From Candidatus Methanomicula labiotermitis (lineage in GTDB: Archaea > Thermoplasmatota > Thermoplasmata > Methanomassiliicoccales > Methanomethylophilaceae), in contig WQZU01000003.1 in the NCBI GenBank assembly GCA_009780575.1, positions 1,940 to 65,939 on the forward strand: a stretch of DNA of 64,000 nucleotides, written 5' to 3'. A program made the position numbers and the translations under genes. Below are positions 57,530 to 64,000 of this stretch, in pieces; position 1 is the first letter of the stretch, and every line of letters starts with the position of its first letter. Below the pieces are notes generated by a model. That model saw only the letters and a list, made by a program, of their open reading frames with translations, searched no databases and was not told the origin of the DNA.

Positions 57530-58557
57530 TTTTTCTCTCCCGGAGTGACCGTCAGATTGTAAACGTTTCCTTTGCGTTCAACGCCGAACCTGACATCGAG
57601 GAATGTTTCCAAGGTGTCCATCTGACTCAGCAGGTGTCTGCTTATCCTGGAAACGGTGAACTCGCTGGGGCCGTCCGCCATCGCCATGTACGGAAGGAGC
57701 TGATCAGCTGTATGAATATCCATCGTTGCGCCGGAACCGATCTCTTTCAGAAGATCTTTGGCAATGTCCTCTCCCGCCTGTTTTGCGGGATGACCCTTTG
57801 TAGTAAGCACACTGCTTCCCAGACGGCCGTTCTCATAGACGGCCACGAGCGACATGCCGGCGCCTTTGGAGTTACCGTTCATCCTCTGAACGTCAATGTT
57901 GACGGAACATTCCGCGCCGAGCGCATCGATGCATGATGCGATCATCTCATCTTTTATCCTGTCCTTCAGGTGCTGTATGTAACAAACGCCTTCCACGCGC
58001 TTCAGAGTGCCGAGCGTATCTATGACAAGCGGCGATATCCTGTTTATCGGTTCAAGCTCGGCGATGACCCTTCCTCCTCCTTCGGGATAGAATCCGCGGT
58101 CGATGATCTCCAGTCTCGCATTGATGCCCATACGTTCCATCAGCGGGAAAAGGATCTGCTGATACGAATCTATGGGAGGAGCCCACATGACATTCGTGCC
58201 GCCGCGTACATCGACCCTGAGCATAGTGTCGTGATTACGGCCGGCGAGCATGACCGCCTGAAGTACAAGGCTTATGCTTCCCGCAGTCCCTATATCCAGT
58301 TTGATATCGGACGTTCTGGAATTTCCGGGTTTGAACAGAAGTTCGCGGGATCCGGTGTAGTTGCCCGTGACCTCTGATCCGGTCATATCCGCAACCGCTT
58401 TCACGGCGATACAGTGCTGTTTGGAAAGACCGTTCGTAGGTCTGTTCTCGCGTATACGTGTCAATTTCGCCTCTATGCCAGTTATAGCGGAAAGCGCAAC
58501 GGACGAGCGTACAACCTGCCCTCCTCCCTCTCCTTTCGAACTGTCTATCTCCAGCAT
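57526..58557 (-). CDS. rtcA: RNA 3'-terminal phosphate cyclase
   Basis: GEGGGQVVRSSVALSAITG N-terminus and HTADQLLPYMA histidine motif. Confidence 0.9.
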   Translation of the reverse strand: MLEIDSSKGEGGGQVVRSSVALSAITGIEAKLTRIRENRPTNGLSKQHCIAVKAVADMTGSEVTGNYTGSRELLFKPGNSRTSDIKLDIGTAGSISLVLQAVMLAGRNHDTMLRVDVRGGTNVMWAPPIDSYQQILFPLMERMGINARLEIIDRGFYPEGGGRVIAELEPINRISPLVIDTLGTLKRVEGVCYIQHLKDRIKDEMIASCIDALGAECSVNIDVQRMNGNSKGAGMSLVAVYENGRLGSSVLTTKGHPAKQAGEDIAKDLLKEIGSGATMDIHTADQLLPYMAMADGPSEFTVSRISRHLLSQMDTLETFLDVRFGVERKGNVYNLTVTPGEKK

Positions 58558-58762
58558 ATTATCTCGGGCACAGTAGGCGAAACAATGATATAAACATTAC
58601 AAAGGCCGAGTAAGTTAACTTATGCTGTGTTCCGTCAGCCGTTACGATGCGTTTTCGGGAACGTTGAATCTTATAAGAATGAGTGCACAATTCAATGATA
58701 TATGTTCTTTCAGCCGGCATCAGGTACGAAACCCACGGAACCAACGAAACAGATGCTGGCAG

Positions 58763-58834
58763 TGCGACTGCCGGGATTCGAACCCGGGTTAGAGGCTTGG
58801 GAAGCCACTGTCCTGACCGCTAGACTACAGTCGC
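58763..58834 (-). tRNA. tRNA-Gly (anticodon CCC)
   Basis: The minus strand reads GCGACTGTAGTCTAGCGGTCAGGACAGTGGCTTCCCAAGCCTCTAACCCGGGTTCGAATCCCGGCAGTCGCA. It folds as a cloverleaf with C2:G71, G3:C70 and A73. One U-U mismatch in the anticodon stem. CCA not encoded. Confidence 0.8.
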
Positions 58835-58868
58835 AGCATCCGTCCAACATTTTCTTACTATTTCTACG

Positions 58869-58878
58869 TTTTTAAAAT
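58869..58878 (-). promoter_or_regulatory. Candidate TATA box for tRNA-Gly
   Basis: Minus-strand ATTTTAAAAA lies about 35-44 nt upstream of the mature 5' end. Confidence 0.3.
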
Positions 58879-58951
58879 GGCGGCGGATCGCATGCAGGTC
58901 TGCCAGCGCATACGCTAACAACGAATAAAGAATGATAAACGGAAGCGGCAA

Positions 58952-59027
58952 TGGTGGGCTCGGCCGGATTTGAACCGGCGATCTCTTCCATGTCAAGGAA
59001 ACGTCATAACCCCTAGACCACGAGCCC
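58952..59027 (-). tRNA. tRNA-Val (anticodon GAC), CCA encoded
   Basis: The minus strand reads GGGCTCGTGGTCTAGGGGTTATGACGTTTCCTTGACATGGAAGAGATCGCCGGTTCAAATCCGGCCGAGCCCACCA. Confidence 0.88.
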
Positions 59028-59185
59028 AGCGGGCTGATGATAGGTTTCATGTTATTATATCTTTCTTCAATCCATCTTTACGGCGCATATTACGGAAGCA
59101 ACGGCAAACAGAAATATCCATTATTTTCATAACGCGTGATTTGTTGATACGAAACGTATTAAATGAGTAAAGGATTTGCAGATTC

Positions 59186-59422
59186 ATGCCGGAAGTAAAA
59201 TTGTTCACAAAGAACGATTGCGAAAAATGTGAACACGTGAAAGAGAGGATGCCGAAAGGTCTGGAGATTGAGATAATCAATGCGGACACCGTGGACGGCC
59301 TCGCGGAAGCGGCTTATTATGAGATCGTTGAAGAGACATTCCCGGTGCTTGTTGTTGATGAAGAAGTGATATGCGGTGCGATCCCCATATTGGAAAAGTT
59401 GAAATTGATTGCGAGACAATAA
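59186..59422 (+). CDS. Glutaredoxin-like thioredoxin-fold protein
   Basis: 78 aa with a CEKC redox motif near the N-terminus. Confidence 0.6.
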   Translation: MPEVKLFTKNDCEKCEHVKERMPKGLEIEIINADTVDGLAEAAYYEIVEETFPVLVVDEEVICGAIPILEKLKLIARQ

Positions 59423-59423
59423 T

Positions 59424-60404
59424 ATGATAACACTCGGTATAGAAGGCACGGCACACACGCTCGGCATCGGTATAACGGACGGCGAATGCAACGTTCTGTC
59501 AAATGTCATAAACATGTATAAGCCGCCGGAAGGAGGACTGCATCCCAGAGAGGCGGCCAACCACCACGCCGACATTGTCGCGGAAACCATACAAAAAGCG
59601 GTATCGGACGCCGGTATCTCATTGAAGGACATAGGTCTGGTAGCTTTTTCAAAAGGTCCGGGAATGGGCCCGTGCCTCAGGGTTGCGGCCACTGCCGCAC
59701 GCGCTTTGTCCGTAAAACTGAGTATTCCGATCGTGGGCGTGAACCACTGCGTTGCGCACGTTGAGATCGGCAATGCGACGACCGGATGCAACGATCCCGT
59801 ACTTCTGTACGCTTCCGGCGGGAACACGCAGATCATAGCGTTCGCCAACGGCAAATACAGGATATTCGGGGAGACGCTGGACATCGGCATAGGGAACATG
59901 TTCGACAAACTCGGCAGAGAACTGGGCATCGGATATTACGCCGGACCCGCAATAGAGAAACTGGCAAGAGAAGGAGACAAACTTCTCGATCTTCCTTATT
60001 CGGTCAAAGGTATGGACATGGCGTTCTCCGGGATCATGACGGCCGCCGTCTCACTCAGTAAGAAAGGGCACAGGCTGGAAGACATAGCGCATTCCGTGCA
60101 AGAGACGTGTTTCGCAATGCTTGCCGAAGTCACGGAAAGGGCGATGGCCCACATAGGCAAGGACGAAGTGCTTATGGGAGGAGGCGTTGCGCAGAACATG
60201 CGGCTCCGGAACATGATAGAGAGCATGGCGGAGGACCGCGGAGCAAAGATGTTCGCTCCTCAGCCGAGACTTTGCATAGACAACGGCGCAATGATAGCGT
60301 GGTTAGGCCACGTCATGTACGATTCCGGTATAAGGATGTCAATGGACGACACGAAGGTCGACCAAAAATTCAGAACGGATGAAGTGGATGTCACCTGGCG
60401 CTGA
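59424..60404 (+). CDS. kae1: tRNA N6-adenosine threonylcarbamoyltransferase Kae1 (not fused to Bud32)
   Basis: LGIEGTAHTLGIGI, VNHCVAHVEIG and GGGVAQN motifs. Confidence 0.9.
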   Translation: MITLGIEGTAHTLGIGITDGECNVLSNVINMYKPPEGGLHPREAANHHADIVAETIQKAVSDAGISLKDIGLVAFSKGPGMGPCLRVAATAARALSVKLSIPIVGVNHCVAHVEIGNATTGCNDPVLLYASGGNTQIIAFANGKYRIFGETLDIGIGNMFDKLGRELGIGYYAGPAIEKLAREGDKLLDLPYSVKGMDMAFSGIMTAAVSLSKKGHRLEDIAHSVQETCFAMLAEVTERAMAHIGKDEVLMGGGVAQNMRLRNMIESMAEDRGAKMFAPQPRLCIDNGAMIAWLGHVMYDSGIRMSMDDTKVDQKFRTDEVDVTWR

Positions 60405-61731
60405 TCTGCGTTCCGATGATGTCATCAAGTGTTTTAAGGAATTCTTTCTCGTTGCCGGGAGGGAACCAGGCGCCGCTTGCTATCCTGTGACCTCCGCCTC
60501 CGCCGCCGACCTTTTCAGCCGATGTTTTCATCGCAACGGAGAGATCGACCCCTCTGTCCAGTATATGATGCGTACATCTTGACGAGACTTTCGTCTTTCC
60601 TTCCGTGACGTTGTATCCTATGATCGGTTTGTTCTTGTCGCCGATGAAGCGCATCGCGATTTCGCAAAGGATCCCGGTGAATCCCGATTCGGAGTTCTCG
60701 AAGAATTGTATGTTCTCCATTTGTTCAAGCTTTGAATCAAGGTCTTTCACGGCTGAAAGCACCTGCTTCCTGGACGCTTCATTTATGATCATTGCTTCGG
60801 ACATACACTTCTTGTCGCCCAGTCCGGATCCGATTCCTATTCCTCCGGCGCCGGAACGCCCGCATGAATTGAAGAGATAAGCGAACTCTTCCGCGTCAAT
60901 GTTCCAATTTCTCAGTATATATCGATTGGAAACAAGTTCATCCATAGTCTCCGCCGTGACACCCTGGCCGAGAAGTCTGGCGGTGATCAGCGATGATAAT
61001 TTCCGTTTCTCGGCGTCAGTGAGGTCCGAGAATGATTTCGACGCGTCTATATTGGCATCATCAAGCAATGCCGAGACGCCGTCCACATCTCCGCTGACTC
61101 CTCTGATGTATGGTTCCGTTGTGAGGAAAAGAGAACTCATCAGCTGCCCGGAAGGTATAAGGGAGCCGTCCGCTTTTGTTACGTATCCTCGTTTATTGCC
61201 TTCTTCGAACAGATATACATTGACTCCGGAAAGGCCCTTTATGTGCTGTTTATCACCAACAACGCCGGCAAAGGCCATCTGCACAAGATCCCAGTTCTCA
61301 TCGCTCATCGCCGCCGAGAACAGCATGGCCATTGATGCGCCGCATCCTCCGCTCATGCCGTCTATGCCGAAAGAATGCGGATTGATGTAATGCAGTCTGG
61401 CGATCCCGGCTTCACCTTTGTGATGGTCCAGAACGATGACGTCCGCGTCGATCTCATCCAATTCCATGAGATATGAGGCGCCCATATCCGCTATAATGAT
61501 GCATTTTGCGCTGCAATTCCTGACTTCGTCGACCGTATCGTTGTTCAGCGAGTTGAACAGCGTAAGCTTGAATCCTTTTCCGGCGCGCATCATGGTCTTT
61601 GCAAGTATCACTGCCGCAGATATGCCGTCGGCATCATGATGAGAATAAATGTGTACGTTATCATGCGCCCTCACAACATCGGCGGCAGAAGATAAACGTG
61701 AAAAAAGTTTCGGCGGGACGTCATCGTCCAT
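60391..61731 (-). CDS. DHH/DHHA1 phosphoesterase, archaeal RecJ-like (GAN family)
   Basis: HHDADGISA, DHH (VLDHH) and GGGGGHRIASGA motifs. Sits next to rps15, as in many archaea. Confidence 0.75.
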   Translation of the reverse strand: MDDDVPPKLFSRLSSAADVVRAHDNVHIYSHHDADGISAAVILAKTMMRAGKGFKLTLFNSLNNDTVDEVRNCSAKCIIIADMGASYLMELDEIDADVIVLDHHKGEAGIARLHYINPHSFGIDGMSGGCGASMAMLFSAAMSDENWDLVQMAFAGVVGDKQHIKGLSGVNVYLFEEGNKRGYVTKADGSLIPSGQLMSSLFLTTEPYIRGVSGDVDGVSALLDDANIDASKSFSDLTDAEKRKLSSLITARLLGQGVTAETMDELVSNRYILRNWNIDAEEFAYLFNSCGRSGAGGIGIGSGLGDKKCMSEAMIINEASRKQVLSAVKDLDSKLEQMENIQFFENSESGFTGILCEIAMRFIGDKNKPIIGYNVTEGKTKVSSRCTHHILDRGVDLSVAMKTSAEKVGGGGGGHRIASGAWFPPGNEKEFLKTLDDIIGTQISAR

Positions 61732-61743
61732 GGAACACCTTCC

Positions 61744-62199
61744 TTACTTGAGCATAAGCTCCGCAGTCTTGAGTGAATATTTCCAATCTGCCGGAAGGAC
61801 ACCGTTGTCCTTGTAATAATGTTCCAGTCTTCTGATCTTGGACTCGATCAACTGGAGGCCTCTCCTGTTGGAGTGGTCTCCTTTGTTTGTCCTCAAGTGT
61901 ATGTTCAGCGAGATCGCGCGTCTCATAAGACTTGAAAGATCCTCCGGAAGTTCAGACGCTACGCCCTTCTCTTTCATGATCTCCGTGACGCATTTCCCGG
62001 TCAGCAGTTTTACGTTCGGCACTCCGTACTGATCCCTGAGCATGAGGCCTATCCTGGCGGACGTGTAACCGTCTCTCGCCATTTTGACGATGAGGTCCTC
62101 TACTTCGGCGGTGTTGAGAGTGACCCATGCCGGGCTCTCCGAGATCATCGGGTGTTTTGAACACGATCTTCCTTTTCTTCTTGCATGCATTCTTGCCAT
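61744..62199 (-). CDS. rps15: 30S ribosomal protein S15 (uS15, S13e type)
   Basis: MARMHARRKGRS start, 151 aa. Confidence 0.9.
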   Translation of the reverse strand: MARMHARRKGRSCSKHPMISESPAWVTLNTAEVEDLIVKMARDGYTSARIGLMLRDQYGVPNVKLLTGKCVTEIMKEKGVASELPEDLSSLMRRAISLNIHLRTNKGDHSNRRGLQLIESKIRRLEHYYKDNGVLPADWKYSLKTAELMLK

Positions 62200-62256
62200 T
62201 ATTGATCCTCCGAATCATCTATTGGCGGCGAGGCTTTCTGCGGTTAGATGATACAA

Positions 62257-62265
62257 GTATAAAAG
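62257..62265 (-). promoter_or_regulatory. Candidate TATA box for rps15
   Basis: Minus-strand CTTTTATAC lies about 58 nt upstream of ATG 62199, and GGAGGATC precedes the ATG. Confidence 0.35.
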
Positions 62266-62338
62266 CTTGATTGGTTCGCGCAGGCGCGCGCAAATCCATA
62301 GGGTTCAATAAGAAAAACAAACGCTTCCCGGGAATTCA

Positions 62339-62686
62339 TTAACGTGTGTTCACGATCACAGCGCGCGCCCATTCGACCGTGTGATCATATTCAGAGCGTT
62401 CGAACGCCAGTTCATCCGGAAGTTCGGAGAACAGTTTCGATTCCAGTTCACCGTGATCCACCTTTTTACCGAGGACGGCGGCGCATACGTGACATCCGTT
62501 CATCTCTTCAGCTGATATTATGTTCACCGTATATCCCGATTCTTCGGCATATTCGCGAACGGCCGCCTCGATCACACTTTCGTTATTCTCTATCCTTCCG
62601 CCGGGCATCTCCCACCCTTTTCTTTTCGGGTTGTAGACCATAAGCATATCATTCCCGGAGAACGCTATTGTATACACGGTTCTCAT
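62339..62686 (-). CDS. NUDIX hydrolase
   Basis: Nudix box GGRIENNESVIEAAVREYAEESGY. Confidence 0.85.
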   Translation of the reverse strand: MRTVYTIAFSGNDMLMVYNPKRKGWEMPGGRIENNESVIEAAVREYAEESGYTVNIISAEEMNGCHVCAAVLGKKVDHGELESKLFSELPDELAFERSEYDHTVEWARAVIVNTR

Positions 62687-63333
62687 GGCATCATCTCAAC
62701 AACGATCATGGCATGCGCTTTCTCGTATCTCTCAAGGGAGAGAAAATCAATGATCTTCAATCCCCTGTCCGCAAAACGTTCGCACGCTTTTTTGAATATC
62801 TTCTCCGGATTAGCGGTAACATCCTCCGACCTGGCCTTCACGGATATCATTCCGTATCTTGCGGAAAAACATTCCATGTTATTGATAAGTATGTCCGTCT
62901 GCCCTTTCTGTGCAACGTCCTGATAAACAACGTCAACATTTTCAACGGCAAAACGGTAATCTTCCGGAGCCGAAGCGTCACCGAGCAAAGGAACCATGTT
63001 GCTCCGCGTTTCGCAGACGCGCACGAGATCCCTGAACGTTCTGTGCGATAACTCAACACAATATACGGTTCCGTCGATCGCGACATCCGATATGTGGCTG
63101 GCAGTGGTACCGCTCGCCGCCCCGAGATAAAGGACGCACGTATCGCGCGAGAAAGGAAACTGCACGCCTCCGAGGCAAAGGTAAGCGGAAAGCTTACTCC
63201 TGTTCGGAGACCATTCCCTGTATTCCTTTCCGGAAACGTTCACCAAACGTTCTCCGTACACACGTTTCCCCGGATCGGCGGACAATGTCATGGGCCTTCC
63301 TCCGGAGAATATCACGCGCTCATCATCGGTCAT
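62683..63333 (-). CDS. flpA: Fibrillarin-like rRNA/tRNA 2'-O-methyltransferase
   Basis: YREWSPNRSKLSA and VLYLGAASGTTASHISD. Confidence 0.9.
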   Translation of the reverse strand: MTDDERVIFSGGRPMTLSADPGKRVYGERLVNVSGKEYREWSPNRSKLSAYLCLGGVQFPFSRDTCVLYLGAASGTTASHISDVAIDGTVYCVELSHRTFRDLVRVCETRSNMVPLLGDASAPEDYRFAVENVDVVYQDVAQKGQTDILINNMECFSARYGMISVKARSEDVTANPEKIFKKACERFADRGLKIIDFLSLERYEKAHAMIVVEMMP

Positions 63334-63406
63334 CGGCCGATGTTATTGTGTACACAAATAAAAACATCGGCGAATCGATAAATATGCAGCCGAATATAAT
63401 CACACG

Positions 63407-64000
63407 ATGATCAACATCCTCAGCGAGATAGCCGAACGAATACGCGCAGCGATAAAGCTGATCCCCGGTCCGGACAGAGGAAAAGAGCTGTGCATAGGCG
63501 TGGACGGCACTCCGACCACTTACATAGACAAGACGGCGGAGAACGCGGTCCTCAAATATCTTCAGGATAACGACGTATCACTGAACGTACTGAGCGAAGA
63601 GATAGGGTTCGTGGACAACGGCGCTGATGAGACACTTGTCCTCGATCCGATAGACGGGACAACGAACTCCGTCATCGGCGTTCCGTTATATACGGTTTCG
63701 ATGGCCATAGGAAAAAGATCGCTGAAAGACGTACACACCGCATTCATCGAAAATCTTGTGACCGGAGACAGATACACCGCCGAAAAGGGAAAAGGAGCGT
63801 ATCTGAACGGCAAGAGGATACAAACAAAGAAACGCTCCGATCCGGACAGGCTGCTTATGATGATATACCTGGGGAACGGCGCCCATCCGGACTCGTTCGC
63901 ACTGGCGAAACGTGTGAAAACCTCTCGCGCATACGGATGCGCATCGATCGAGATGGCATTGGTGGCGTCGGGCATGGCAGACGGTTTCCTGATGGATTCG
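63407..64000 (+). CDS. suhB: Inositol monophosphatase / fructose-1,6-bisphosphatase family protein; C-terminus beyond the window
   Basis: Not in the ORF track (no stop in the window). ATG 63407 encodes MINILSEIAERIRAAI...LSEEIGFV...LDPIDGTTN... Confidence 0.8.
   Translation, partial: MINILSEIAERIRAAIKLIPGPDRGKELCIGVDGTPTTYIDKTAENAVLKYLQDNDVSLNVLSEEIGFVDNGADETLVLDPIDGTTNSVIGVPLYTVSMAIGKRSLKDVHTAFIENLVTGDRYTAEKGKGAYLNGKRIQTKKRSDPDRLLMMIYLGNGAHPDSFALAKRVKTSRAYGCASIEMALVASGMADGFLMDS

Noticed and set aside
1-64000. CRISPR arrays, rRNA genes, transposases, integrases and prophage blocks
   Set aside because: I scanned the intergenic regions and ORF translations and found no spaced direct-repeat arrays, no rRNA-like conserved blocks, and no DDE, tyrosine or serine recombinase motifs.

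Overview
This is a densely coding archaeal chromosomal segment. The archaeal assignment rests on gene content: PAN, CarS, PurP, Nop5/fibrillarin, aIF5A, RPA, GINS, Kae1, Rpo6, LSm and MBF1. The content looks euryarchaeal and Thermoplasmata/Methanomassiliicoccales-like, but that finer placement is only inference. I call about 70 protein genes, mostly housekeeping: glycine cleavage P protein, CoA and serine biosynthesis, PRPP/ProRS, the SMC-ScpAB condensin, replication and repair factors, and ribosome/RNP proteins. I also call three tRNAs (Lys-CUU, Gly-CCC, Val-GAC). I saw no rRNA, CRISPR array, transposase or integrase. The main finding is the ~960-nt gap between 21278 and 22236, which no protein can explain. 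On the minus strand it holds a ~738-nt ORF-less group II intron (22139 to 21402). The intron has a GUGCG 5' end, a textbook domain V, a domain VI with a bulged branch A, and a tetraloop-receptor-like motif. Together with a 49-nt GC-rich tail it is bracketed by 9-nt direct repeats exactly 800 nt apart. Secondary observations: (1) an AT-rich islet next to tRNA-Lys carries a PRTase-like gene interrupted by one in-frame TAG, in a window where TAG stops are rare. (2) ProRS has a conserved N-terminus encoded upstream of any canonical start codon. (3) A tryptophanase-family gene has an overlapping upstream mini-ORF. (4) A 36-codon symporter accessory ORF is missing from the ORF track. (5) A HerA-like ATPase carries a repetitive Pro/Ala-rich N-terminal extension. 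All protein calls come from reading the translations against remembered family signatures. No database search was run.
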